Source: Camelus dromedarius (lineage: Eukaryota). From it: a DNA stretch of 64,000 nt. The DNA lies in NCBI RefSeq assembly GCF_036321535.1, contig NC_087436.1:74278001-74342000 (forward strand), read 5' to 3'. Position numbers and translations under genes: made by a program. Numbering within the stretch: position 1 is the first letter of the stretch; every line of letters begins with the position of its first letter. This document shows positions 24,915-37,629 of this stretch, piece by piece. The notes beneath the pieces are model-generated. The model saw nothing but the letters and a program-made list of their open reading frames with translations, had not been told where the DNA came from and did no database searches.

Positions 24915-25228
24915 TTTCTTTGTTCGCATTTTCAATTTTATTAGGTAGAATTGTTATGATTTGACTGCACATTTATAATATATTGCATGGAAATACATAT
25001 ACACAATATACTGCACATATTTTTTGAAATTTATATATATGTACTGTTCATTGTTTCTAAGAACGTTTAGAGCTTTAGCTTTTTAAACTTCCATAGTTAT
25101 CAAAGGAATAAAGCCAACCACAAAATAAGAATTAATTCAAAAAGATACATACACTCCACTACTAACAGCAACATTATTTATAATTGCCCAGATACAGAAG
25201 CATCCTAAGTGCACATCAATAGATGAAT
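24915..25228 (-). mobile_element. Chimeric retro-insertion: non-L1 polyadenylated 3' end (about 24918-25132) plus an opposite-orientation L1 ORF2 fragment (about 25133-25231)
   Basis: Perfect 20-bp TSD at 24895-24914 and 25229-25248. Minus-strand AATAAA at 24937-24942. The L1 piece translates [32 protein letters not shown] on the + strand. Confidence 0.8.
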
Positions 25229-25609
25229 GGAGAGATTTTAAACTTTTTAAATTAAGTATACATACTGACTCAGGTGAAGGTGCTGACTAGGTAGATGGGT
25301 ATATGAATCTGGTGTTTAGAATTGGGAACTGGGCTGGATAGAAAGTTGGGGGTCTTTGGTGCATTATGGGTCTTAAACCCATTAAAAAAAATCCCCATGG
25401 GAAGTCACTAATTCCTGGAAATTCCATCTCTAGAAGCTGCAGCCATGATACAGGACTCCTTCCAATCCTCTGGGCCAAGTTGACCCACCTTCTGTTGTCT
25501 TTTGACTGTAGTAGGACAGCACGAATCATAGCCAGGTACATCAGTTAGTTTCATTGTTTTGTATTTACTGGAGGCAGAACATTTCCACCCCGTACACAGT
25601 TACAGCTAG

Positions 25610-25750
25610 AGGTCATCTACTAAAATTTCTCATTTTACAGGTAAAGAAGGGAAGCTCAGAGAAGGTAAATGATTTGCCCCAAACTACAGTAAATGGTTAC
25701 AGCAGAGCCAGGAGTACGTCTCCTTCTAGCTCAGTATTATTCTTTACACC
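25610..25750 (-). mobile_element. MIR SINE
   Basis: ctcattttacaggtaaagaagggaagctcagagaaggtaaatgatttgcccc. Confidence 0.75.
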
Positions 25751-26389
25751 ATCTGGATCACTTACAGTTTCATTAGACAGAACAGGAAAGGCAGAGAGGG
25801 AAAGTCAAAGATCATTTCTGCCACTAACTCTTTCCTTTAAAGCAGAAGCAGGGAGCAGAGCTCGCCTATGCGTTCGCTCTAGCAGCACCTGCATCCTTGC
25901 TTGTAAGAAGCCACAGTGTAAAGTTCAGCCGACCTGCTCTCCAAGGGAGAGTTGGAAAGCACCTTCTGAGTTATTCAGGCCAGGTTTGGGGGGGAAAAAC
26001 CCAAAAACAACAACAAGACAACCCAAAACGGGGCATGGTTTTTGGATTATAGGGAGCTGGGGTGTAGAAGGAATCTTTTTTTTTTTTTTTTTTTTTTTCA
26101 TCTAATCTAGTCTGGAAACTAGAGGAGGAAGGAAAAGAAAGAGACTGTGGGTTACTGTGCTATCAGCTTTTGATGATTCTTGATGATGAACTGGAGAAGC
26201 CTGGAAAGGGCCAAAAGAACAGAATTGAACATAATCATTATTTGATTGTGGACTGCAGTCAGACGTCTACTCCACTTCAATTTACCCCTGATTCCTGCCC
26301 TTTCTTAGCTATTGGTGAATTATTTGGATTGGCTGTTGAGTTCCAATGGGTCATTATATATAATTTGCAAATTGCTATCACACTTAGAG

Positions 26390-27815
26390 ATCATTCATTC
26401 ATTCAATAGCTATTTATAGAGTACCCACCAAACGGCAGGCAGTTCCTTCTATATGGGAGATGCAGTGGTAACTAAGATAGGTGAGTTACTTGTTTACTTT
26501 CTCATGGGGTCACATAGATAATAAACAAGTAAATAAATGAAGAAGATAATTGCAGATAGTAATATGTGCTGTGAAGTAAAGAAAACAGGGTCATGAGATA
26601 GAGGTTGGCGGGCTACTTTGGGTAGGAGGGTCAGAGAAGTTCAGGTGACTTTTGAACTGAAACATAAATAAGGAGCCTGCCACACGGAGGTATGGGGCAT
26701 TCCAGGCAGAGGGAGAAGTCAAGAGCAGGGCCTTGAGTTGGGAACAATCTTGGGATGTTGAAGGGAGTGAAAGGAAGTCAGCATGGCTGACGCATCATGA
26801 CCAAGGTAGGCCAGGTTCCCATCACACAGGGCCTCACAGGCCACAGCAAGGAACTGAATTGTAGTTGCAGTGTAATGTGAAGCCATGGCAGGACTTCAGG
26901 CAAGGGAACAATATTATCAAATTTATTTCTTTGAAGTAACACTGAGAATCCTTTTTGAGGAATAGAGTATGTAAGGGCAAGAGCAGGAGCGGGGAAGAAG
27001 CTTCGTACCAACCTGAGGATGTGATAGTCGTTTGTTCTAGGACAGTAGCTAGGGGGTGGCAGAGGCAATGAGATTTGAGATAGATTTCTGAGATAGTGTC
27101 AACTGACCTACTGACAGATTGAATACAAGTTTAAGGGCAAGAAGAATGAAGATGAGTGCTGGGTTTGGACTGTATAATTGGGATAAGGGGACCATTAGTT
27201 AAGATGGGGAAAACTGGAGAACAGCAAGTTTGGAGGGTGGGGGTGGAGGGTGCTAGGGAATAGCAGAAGCAAGAGTTCTGTTTCGAACATCTTACGTTTG
27301 ATAAACCAACCAGATATCTGGGCGGGGAGCTGTATAAATGAGTTTGGAGTCCAGGGGAGAGATCCGAGCTAGGGAGAGAAAGTTGAGTGTCAACAACATC
27401 TAAACCGTATTTGAGCTCAAGGGACCTGATTCACTCACCAGAGGGACTGTAGATACGGGAAAGATGGGACGACCAAACCCTGGGTGCATCAACCTTGAGA
27501 GGAGGACAACCCGGCAAAGCCCACTGAGAAGCCACTGTCAGTGAGCTGGGGAAGGAGACAAAATCCAGAAGGGCCTGGTGTGGAAGTCAAGAAACGAAAG
27601 TGTTTCTTTAGGAGGGGACAGTCACCTGTGGTGAATGCTGCTGCTCAGGGAGCCCAGGAGACGATCAAAAAGCACTGACTTTGGCAAGCAGAGGATGATG
27701 GGACTTTGACAGGAGTGGTTGCCAGGGAGCAATAAGGGTGAGAGCTGGACTGCAGTGGGTTCAGGAGACAACGGGTGATGATGAGATGGAGGCAAGTGCA
27801 GACAATTTATGAACA
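26390..27815 (-). mobile_element. L2 LINE, about 1.4 kb
   Basis: Tail tcattcattcattcaatagctattt; gcattccaggcagaggga; aagagttctgtttcgaacat; gatgggactttgacaggagtggtt. Confidence 0.85.
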
Positions 27816-28230
27816 TGTGTGGCTTCTATCACCCTTGCAGCAAGGGGTTCGGTAATGAGGTAGGACTATAACCGGGATTGCTGAAGAGGCTCCTAATCGA
27901 AGGTTTTAGAATGGTGAATTAAAACGAATATACATTCCTAGGAAATTTGATCCACTGTGTCTACCTGGGGGGATTAAACTTTCATGGAGTCACCCTGGTG
28001 TTTACCGACATTGCTCCTAATCATTCTTTGACACTAGTTTCTCAGGTCTGTTTCCTGCAGCAAAACCCAAGTAGAACATAAGGTGATAACAATTAAAACC
28101 CAGCATTTATGGAGCTCTTCATGTGCTGCTAGAGCTGTAATACCTCAATCCTTCCCTCCTGTGGTAGGGGCCATCATCATCCCTTTCAATCAAGTCACAC
28201 TGCCTTCTCTAAAATCCAGGTAGCTAATTT

Positions 28231-28344
28231 GTTTTTAAAATTTATTTTATTTTATTTCAGTGGAGGTACTGGGAATTGAACCTGGGACCTTGTGCATGCT
28301 AAGCACGCACTCTACCACTGAGCTATACTCCCCACTCCACCCCT
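28231..28344 (-). mobile_element. tRNA-Ala-derived SINE, short form lacking the cctaattacc module
   Basis: tggaggtactgggaattgaacctgggacc...ctctaccactgagctata. Degenerate TSD A(G/A)GTA(G/A)CTAATTT at 28218-28230 and 28345-28357. Confidence 0.9.
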
Positions 28345-31300
28345 AAGTAACTAATTTATAATTGAAATCTTGCAACACAGTTTGTACTTAAGTTAGGAAA
28401 TGCTTGTATATCAGCAAAATTTGAAATTTTATCTCACTCCTTTTCTTCTCACCCAAATACCAAAAACCATGTTTACATGGCAGTTTAGGATGGTAACCCA
28501 GGCAGCCCGGGAGCTCCAGAATCCTGCTCGTTAACCAACATCCTTTAATCTCAAGGCATGTGGAAAGGAGATTCCAGGAAGGAAAAACAATTGACATTTG
28601 ATGACCAGTGCTGGTACAAAATTGCATAAAAGTTGTAATGCATTGGGCTAGAAATGTAGAAGATGCTATTGCTGGAATTAATAGTCAGGGGTGTGGAACT
28701 ATCACAAAAAGAGCCTTAAAGGAAACATGGGCTCTCAACTCTATTTTAGTGTGTGGGCGTGTTTGTGTATTAACATAGTTGAACACGTTTCTATCAAAGT
28801 CACATTTTCCTGCTTATGTAACAGTATGTGGTTGCCTTTTTAAAAACTCAGAAAATAACGAAGTCAGCCTTTGAAGAGCAAGTTAATGCTCACACATGTG
28901 AAATATGGTTGGAGATTGTCTTTAATCTTTGGAATTTTAGGATGCTTTCTCTTTTGCAACCCTGCAGCTGAAGAGCTTAAAATTTGATAAATTTAAACAT
29001 AATGAGTCTTCTAACTCCTCCAGCCAGTCATTAGCTGCCAGGAAGTGATCATTGTTACTTAATTATAAGATGAAACTGAACATTGAGAAATGTTGAGAGT
29101 GCTCTGATTGGCCAATATCCCAAGGACTAATTCCACAGGCACGCCTTTGACATACCAATTAAAGCTGCATCACCCATAATAAAATGCCACATGCCGTTGG
29201 CTGTGTTCTATGTTGTCATTTTTCAGATTAGGACAACAAAAACAATTCCAGTCTAGGGCACTTCCAGTGACCAGCTGGGCTCTTCTAACTTAGAGGATAA
29301 GGACTCCTCCTAAGGCTGATTACTCCTCCAGAAATGCTGATCTTTTCGCTCTGACCACACCCAAAATGAGAGGCTGTCTTAAAGATAATAAAAGCAACGA
29401 ATCACTCATTGAATTAACTAGCTGTCAGATACCAAAATTCCAAAAAGCTTTCCAAAAGGAAAGTGAGGATGTACGACATTGTATTTTTGATTTTGAGGGG
29501 AATTCATTACTCTCTACCTGTTTCACAAATACTCCAACCATTAGGAACCCAAGGGGAAACAAGCTGATAGTGATTTAATGGACATCCCGTGTAGCTTTTT
29601 TCTCATAAGGTGCAAGTAGAGACTCAGAAGCAGGCTTTTACTTCATTCCTGAAATTACTGCCAATTTAAAGTCACTTTTCCTAATGTGCCTAGCAATCCC
29701 ATTTGCCTATAATTTCCCAAGAATTATAGTCTTTGAATCCACTCCTGGATGGGAGAAGAGATAATTCCATAAAATATGCAATTTTCTTTAAGTAACCGGT
29801 AGTTTTCAAAAGAAAGAAAATATTACAGTGCTTTTCTGCATGAGCATCCTATGTCATGGAAAGATGGGTCTGGAGGGGTCGAACCCAAACACTTGCACAT
29901 GCACTAGAGGAAGCTCCTCTGTTATGCATTATTTTTCTAGGTCTAATGAAAACATAAGGATTGAGGGCTTGACCTCGTAATATAATCAGGAATGGAACCT
30001 TGGTAGCAAAAATAGCGTACAACAGAAAAATCATTATGTTTAGGGAACGGAAAAGTTTCAAAAAAGAGACTAGTCTGAGTAAATCAGGCTCCTTTTTTCT
30101 TTTTCTTGTGTGAAATTCAATGTTTCTTTTCTTCTTGTAGCCTCTACAGAGGGTGATGTTATTTTGCAAAGATAGATGCTCAGGGGCTTTAGGAGCTGAT
30201 GTCAGCCTCACAGTCACTGTCCCCTTTGGCCAATGAGAGACTTGCTAAATGAGAAGAAACAAACTATGAAGGTGGAAAATTCTGCCCCCGATGACAAATC
30301 TATGTCTTTTAAGGTTGATTCCAGGCTTTAGAGGTGGTGGGAACATCCTCGGTCAGAAGTGAGATGAAACTCTTTCAATCCTTTGCAGTTGAGGAAACAC
30401 CCTTGTTACGAGACCTAGGGATCCTGAGTCAGAGCTGAGGACTTGAAAGGAGTATGCCAGGTTCTGGGTTCAGCACCTCTTCTGTAATGCATTTCCCCTC
30501 CCAGGTCTCCAGGTCAGGTCTGGCAGGATTTAATGACTGAATCTCTGCAATGAGTGGCATCTAGATAGCCCAGGGGAACTCAGTGATACCACCCACCCAC
30601 CCTGGAATTGGAGGTTGGGTGGAATGACCGGGAGCTAGATGCCTAAGAGGTTGTCTTGGGAACGTCAAAGAAAGCTTTTGCCAAGCCTGCTAGGTGAGTC
30701 AACAAGAGACTTCAACCTCTACTTTGATCCATCCTAATTTTTTTAATAGCACTGATCATATTGAAACTTCAGAAATTAATTGTCTGATATTGTATGTTTA
30801 TATTTACGCCTAGAAAGAGAGGTTGGTCAGTTGATTGGTTACAGGATATTTTCAGTTCATGGGTTGCCTTTATCCCCTGGGCATAAATGTTAAGTTAAAG
30901 AAATAAAAAATATATATAGTCAAAATCTCCTTTCAGAGAACCTAGTTACAGGTTTATTGTTTGCGCACGCAGTAGGTCCAGCCAGGTGGGTCCAACACTT
31001 CAAATAGCATGAATCATCTGTGAAGACCATCCCTTCTCCTCTTCTGAGTCTTCTGCGAAGCTTTAAAATTACCTTGAGGAATAAGGTGATACAGCTGTTT
31101 TTGTTTTTAAAGCAAATTCAAAAAGATAGTGATGGAATGGCCCCTTCAAATCTTCCCCTGCAGTCTGACCCTAGGAGTGGGCCTCCAGGATCAGATCAAG
31201 AGAAGTGGTGTGGTTACTGCTTCCGAAGACTCTACAGGTTTCGTTAACCCGAAAAGTGACCTAACCTCTTGGGGAGGGAGGGGCATTAGCTCATGAGTGA

Positions 31301-34300
31301 CACAGGCCAACCCAGAACTCCAATGACCTCAGAGCCCTTGCACTCTGTAGAAACTAAAAAGGGGCTTTGGGGGAAGAGAGGGAGAATCAGCACCCCCTGC
31401 CCCCCCTCCCACACACACACATTTTTAAGGCGGGACTGTTGAAGCAGCCAGAAGCCAGATCTTGGAGGGGGTCTCAGAAACTCCCTTAACTTGGGTCTCA
31501 AAGAACTTCTCACGCCTTTGGCAGGAGGTTCTGGTTATAGGGAGACATTCTAAACAGAAGCCCGTGGCCATTTACTGAGTACCTAATAAATCCATGTGTA
31601 AACTCCATGGTCCCTACTCTTGAGGGAAGTGTATTTTGTTGAAGAGCCCCTGGAAACACCAACCCCACTCCCCACCTCCACAAAATGAATGTTTCTGAAA
31701 GTACCTGGGGTCTTGTTTGCTTCCTGCCCGCTGGCCACTTCCCCTCGCCCAGCTCTCTTCCCTCTCAAGCCCAGAGCAGAGCCTATTACTGCAAATGGGT
31801 GATGCGGCAAGGTGGCGGGGAGGTGCTTCTGCACGCGGGAGTTCTGTTGTTTTTATAACCAGTGCCAGCTCTGAGTGGATGATGAGTAAGAGCCTCTTCC
31901 TCTTCCCTCTGGGCTGTCCTCCCCTCCTGTACCTATCTTGTGGCTGACCTGTTTTGGATATGGTGCTAAGCAAGGGCGGCTGCCTGGCTCTGATGTTCCC
32001 CAGACTCAGGACCCAAAACTCAAGAAGGCAGCAAAACCCGTAAGTGAGGGCAGCCTTGGCCTGTGCTTCCTATTAGCCGATATTTCTGCTTGAGGGCTCC
32101 TGGGGAGAAGTGGTAAAGGTGGAGGCAGTAATCCAGCATTCGATACTCTTACTTCCTCCATTAGGTAAATCGAAAGTGTGCTTGGCACGCACAAACGACA
32201 TGGGTATTGAATGCATCTTCCATCGACTTTGGCTCTGATATTATGTTAGATGGCCTTTTCTCTCAGAGAATCCTATTTCTGGCAAATTTTCTTTTTTTTT
32301 TAAATAGAAATAACAGCTGCTTGTTTATTCTTATGTTTGAACATTACAATATAAGAAGAATTATGGTTATTCATATTTTACTGGACATTGATTTTGCCAT
32401 TTTTTATTCCACTTATAGGAGTAGTGTTTGTTTTGGATTTTAGCTGCTTTTTTGTGTACATTGCTAACATATTTGTCAGCTGCCAAACTATTATAAGCAG
32501 ATCTAAAGGGAAGTTTTCTGCTAGAGGGGCTTCCACAGTTCATGCGCACAGAATTTGTTTTGTATACTCTGTAGGGGGAAAAAATAATTCATCAGTGTCT
32601 TTGTGTATGTGTGTGTGGTTTCTTTGTTTTTAGTAGCTGTAATCTGTGGAATTTCTGCATCTTTAAGCATAAAGATCAGCTTCTCATTTTGTAACATCAG
32701 TTCTTTGCAAACTTGAATTTTAATTGCATCCAGCTTTGAGTGACACTTTAGAAAATGCTCTCCTGCATCAGAAGTGCTTCTCCAAACCAGGTGCTCTTCA
32801 TGCTCACCTGCTGGCAGTGTTTGATTAGCAGCCAGCTCCACCCGGGTGTTCTGATTTGTGCCAAGTCCATTCTATTTATGGGAGTCTGTGCTTGAGAAGA
32901 CAAGTCATGCTCGTTATCCAGACCTCTTCCTTAGAAGTAATGTGCCAAAATCACAGAAGCAGGAAAGCCAGAAACAGTATGAGGCTTGGTATTGATGGAC
33001 CATAAAATCAAAATTTCACCTCATGATATTGCTTTGTTCTTAGATACATCATCCCTTCCAGCCATGAGCTCACCAGCCCTTGCTCGATCTCTGGGCCAGT
33101 TGGCATCATCGCCATTCTGCTGCCCGAGAATGGGAGATGCAGCTGAATCAGCCAAATTGCCCCCAAGCCAGGTGATGTAGCTAGAATTGGGAGCCAACCC
33201 CCTGACTTCTCTCCAGCCCCTTGCTGTCTGAGACAACGGAGCTTAGAAGAGAGGGCTAGAGGCTAAGTTGAAACTGCCAGTGTGTCCTGAGAGCAATCTC
33301 TATTTGAATTCTCATTCAGAAGCCAAGAGAAACCAAACAGGGGGTCAAACAGTGGATTCATAAATGGAGATTGGGGGAGCACTGCAGAGAACAAGGTTAA
33401 AAATGAGCCAACTTGGGCTCTAAGTTCAAGAATGTAGGGAACATTCTGGAAGGTCAATTTTATGCAGACCATGATACCTCTGTTCACTGTGGGCTGAAAT
33501 ATGCTAGACAGCATCTGTCATACAGAAAGTACAGAATGTTTTCCAGTCGGAAATGGTAATCAAAGTAAAACCACTGCACACACTTAAATCACTAATTCCA
33601 CAGTTATTTATTGAGTATCTCCCATGAGTCAGGTCTGATGATATTCATCTTTGTAGCCTCTCTGCCTATCCTGGGGTAGATCAATAAGATGAATGGATGG
33701 ATTGATGGATAAGTGGACACATGTTGTCCAAGAAACCTTATTTTAAGGACTTCCTGTCTTCTCCCTGCTCTTCATCCCTTGGGACCGCCCCTATACTCCA
33801 GCAGAGACTCCCGCCTCACCCCTCCCAGAACCACCCACTCACAGGAAGGAGAATTTACTTAATGAAGGCAAGTAAACACAGGCCTGTGTGCTCACAAGGA
33901 GGAAGCCTTTATGTACTTTTACCCAGACTGAGCCTGGGAAAATCATCGCAGGAAGACAGTCACACCCTCATCGACTCAGTGGAGTAGTATTTGCATGTTG
34001 TAGGTTTCACTGCAGCAAGCCCAACAGGTGTATAATCTCTGCGTCAGGCAATCTGAGCAAATTTGCCTCCGGGTCTCCAGAGCTCCACCACTCTTCACCC
34101 ACTGTCTCTTGGGCTTGCCTTCTGGGGTCTCAGCTTCACCTCTCAGGCCTCTGCAGCCAGGATCTAGGAAAGCCACACCAGGCACCATTATTTATTGAAT
34201 GCCCTCAATGCATTGGCCTCAGACCAAATGCAGAATTAGATTACTGTACCTGACCAGGTGGTTCACATTTTAAACAAATAAATAGGCAGATAGAGGTGAA

Positions 34301-34799
34301 CTAAGTAGAAGAGAAGGTGGAAATATACTCCAGGGAGAGGCTGGTGCCAGATAGGGGAAACCGGTCAGAGCCTGTTGTTGCAAGACCTTAAGTAGGACCT
34401 GATCTTAAAATAGTTCAGATCCAGCTCTGTGTTTTTGATCAGCCAGAAGGAGGGCAAATTTGGTGGGGAGAAAGATAAACCACAGACTTCAAGCCATTAA
34501 CCTTGATTCATTCTTTTGTTTCTGTCTTTGGGCCACCACTGTACCTGGTGTGTGCATCTGACAAAGCACATGGCCAGCCATGGCCAAGCAATCATTTGTT
34601 TACTTTCTCTCTTCTCTAGTAGAACGTGGGCTCAGCGAGGATAGGGGCTTCGTGTGCTTCATCTCTGAATTCGCAAAGCCTGATCAATAAATGCTTGTTG
34701 AATTTACATATGATACCCACTTCAGTATATGGGTGGGTACTGATACCCACCTCAGTGACTATAATTGAGCTTCAAATGAGAGCTTGGACCAGGATGTCA

Positions 34800-35120
34800 G
34801 ATGCTCTAGGATCCAGAATAGAGGTAACTGTGGGTTGGATGGTCAGACAGCTCTCCTGAGTACAGTATTACTGACTGCGATCTTGAGAGGAGGGGATTAA
34901 GAGTGGGGGGTGAGCAGTCACCTGAGGCAAAGGCTCAGACTCAGGGGTGCTCTTCTGGTTTTCGGGGAACAGTGTGGCTGAAGCAGACGGTTTGTGTTTG
35001 AAATACTGTGTCACATATCTGAAAGGGAGGATGAAGACAGTGTATGAAGGGACAGATGAAGGTGTTTGAAATTTAAACTTTCAGCAATGGGAAACCACTG
35101 AAGCCATTTAAGCCAAACTG
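34800..35120 (-). mobile_element. Degraded L2 fragment
   Basis: gcaaaggctcaga...gtgtggctgaagcaga...gcaatgggaaaccactgaag. Confidence 0.55.
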
Positions 35121-35307
35121 TAAGAGAGAAAGGGAGATCTCAATCAAGAGACAAAAGAGAATCAGTCCATTTTGCTGCATATTTAGGGCAAATGTTTCAT
35201 GGAGTAGGGAAAGACTGAAATGAAAATTGAAACTATCTGCCACCAAAAAAAAAAAAAAAAAAAAAGAAAGAAAAAAAAGAAAAGGAGAGCTCAAAAGAGC
35301 TGAATTC

Positions 35308-35413
35308 TGTTAATATTTGTTTTATGTATTATAGCACAGAGAACTATACTGAATACCTTGCAATGCCTATAATAAAAAAGAATATGGAGAGGAATGTGTG
35401 TATATGTGTATAC

Positions 35414-35458
<45 letters not shown>

Positions 35459-35573
35459 CATATATATATGAATCACTGTGCTGTATACCAGAAACTAACG
35501 TAACATTCTAAGCCAAATATACTTCAGTAAAAAATTTAATTTAATTTAATTTTAATTTTAATTAAAAAAAAAA
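35308..35573 (+). mobile_element. Short L1 3'UTR insertion containing a (GT)n/(TA)n microsatellite
   Basis: atagcacagagaactata...gaatcactgtgctgtataccagaaacta...tatacttca plus AT-rich tail. CTGAATTC flanks both ends (35300-35307 and 35574-35581). Confidence 0.88.
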
Positions 35574-35789
35574 CTGAATTCAGCATTGACTGGCAAGATA
35601 GGTGGGAGCAAGGAGCCTGCGTAGGAGGGTTACAGCAACAACCTGCAAGTCATGTGATAGAATTGTGTCTTAGGTGAAAGTGGGAATGAATTTCAAGATT
35701 CCGGGGTAGGTGGGCGTAGAGGGGGTTGTTGTTTGTTTTAAGATAAAGGTATTATTTGGATCCACAGTTTCCTCTAAATGAGGATTATA

Positions 35790-36035
35790 ATAATGATGGC
35801 TAAACTCTCTATTTAGTGCTTACTATCTGCCAGTCACTCTTGTAAGCATCTTACAGAGTATCTCAATTCATCCTCACAACACCCCTGGGAAGAACTATTA
35901 TTGGCCCCATTTGACAGGTCAGTTAACTGAGGCACAGTAATTAAGAAACTTGCCCAAGGTTAATAAGAGGTAGAGTCAGGATTCAAACCAGGATGTAAGG
36001 CTGCACAGCTCAAAGTGTTAACCACTGTACCTACT
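35790..36035 (-). mobile_element. MIR SINE
   Basis: agtgcttactatctgccag...aactgaggcacag...aacttgcccaaggt...ggattcaaacca. Confidence 0.88.
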
Positions 36036-36209
36036 TCAGCAGGCTCATGGGAGGACTGATGGTATGATGAAAGATGTTCTAAAATGCAACATTCATTATC
36101 GTCTTGAAAGAGTAGAGAGGCATTTCCTGCATCAGTTTATCACCCATCATTATTAACTGCGTACTCCAGTTTAAGGTGATCAGTGTATAGTACAAATGAA
36201 AACCTGTAA

Positions 36210-36530
36210 TAATATGCTTTTTCTTTTTAAATATTGATTTTCCTAATTTAAAAATGAATAATATTCTTTATAAAAATCCAAATATTACAGAAATAACAGA
36301 TGCAGAGTGAATGTCCCATGCAACCCTAATTCCTGCCCAAATCCTTATCCACTGTTGGGTGGAAATTTTTCTAGCTCTTCTCTTTTATAAATGCTGACAT
36401 ATTATCATGCATGTTAATACTAATGCTTTTTCCCAAAGGTGGTCATGCTTTTTCATTTAATATATTTGGGACATCTCTCCGTGTCAGAATACACAGTTTT
36501 ATTTTATTTCCTTTGAAAGCTGTATAGAGT
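36210..36530 (-). mobile_element. Ancient L1ME-like 3' fragment
   Basis: AT-rich decayed motifs, e.g. tttttcatttaatatatttgggacatctctccgtgtca. Confidence 0.5.
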
Positions 36531-36749
36531 TTGCTTTTGCTTTCAGCACGCCCCAGTCTGGGTTCATGTTCTTTTCCAATCAGTAGAGCTGCAGGTCTGA
36601 TGTGACCTAGATTCTTACCTCAATGCTGCTTTTGTTGCTTTTGTGTCTTGGACAGGACTCAAGGAGAAACAAGCTCAAGCAGGTTTCAGTTCTCTGTTTC
36701 TGTGACCGTAACAGAAGCTAGCCTTTCTCTACTGCTCTCGAAGGGCCAT

Positions 36750-36905
36750 CAACCATTCCTAGCCCCATTCTGTAGATGAGGAAACTGAGGCCTAGAGGGG
36801 TTAAGTAACTCACTTGCTCAAGGTCATAAAATTAGAAATTAGAAAGTCAGAACTTGAACCCTGGCTCTTTGACTCCAAAGCCTGTGTATTTAGCACCACA
36901 CTGTC
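36750..36905 (-). mobile_element. MIR SINE
   Basis: ccccattctgtagatgaggaaactgaggcctagaggggttaagtaac...ttgctcaaggtca...gactccaaagcc. Confidence 0.9.
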
Positions 36906-37629
36906 TCTTTCTCTCTCTTACAAGTCTTTTACCTACATAGGAAGTGGTCCCCATAGCATCATGTTGAGGTCAACTGTGGAGTCAAAGTTAGTCATTAAGA
37001 TGAGCTCTGCTCCTTCTCTTTATGGCACACTGTGCAAATACCAGCATACAAATGGAGTTGTCAGAAGAAGCACCATCCTTTCTGCTGTTTCTCTCTCCAT
37101 CCCCTCCCTACAGGGCAACTCATTAGTCTGGAGTTTGACCCACTGCCTCTCAACAGTCCCAGACAATGCCTCCCAGGGCTTGAACCTCATTTGGTATCTC
37201 CCCTGCTGATGGGGGCCATGAGGGGACAGATCCTGAAGGTTCCTTCGGAGAGGGTGGAGGAACCTTCTCCACATCCCAACTCGGTGACAGGACGGCTGCA
37301 GAAAGCCCACATCCATCTGCCCAGCACAACCCACACAGAAATTTCCAAAGAGCCAATTTAAGGAGATGAGTGTAGATAAGCCATCTTGGTGGAACATCCT
37401 TAAAAGGACTTTGCTGTTTTGTTTTGTTTTATTTTTTGTCTGGGTGAACTAGACTGCCTCTTTTCGTGGAATAAAGTAACTCCTCCCTTAGCGCCGTGCT
37501 GTGAGAGCCTGCACAAAGACAAGACATGATAAATCCATGTCCTGGATCCCTGGGACCATTAATGTTTGAATTCTTTGGTGGTGCTTAATTTTGTTGCATC
37601 AAATGATTTCTCCCCAAAGCAGGCATTTT

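Larger units (their letters stand above)
23790..25380 (-). mobile_element. L2 LINE, interrupted by insertions at 24039-24266 and 24915-25228
   Basis: L2 tail cattcactca...atttactgagtg...tgtgccaggcac, then gcaaaggccctaaggcagga-like and ggattctggatttattttg motifs. The element continues after 25250. Confidence 0.82.

Noticed and set aside
34684..34704. miR-95-like TCAATAAATGCTTGTTGAATT, and miR-28/151-like GAGCTCACAGTC at about 57400
   Set aside because: These are ordinary L2 terminal sequences with no adjacent complementary arm.
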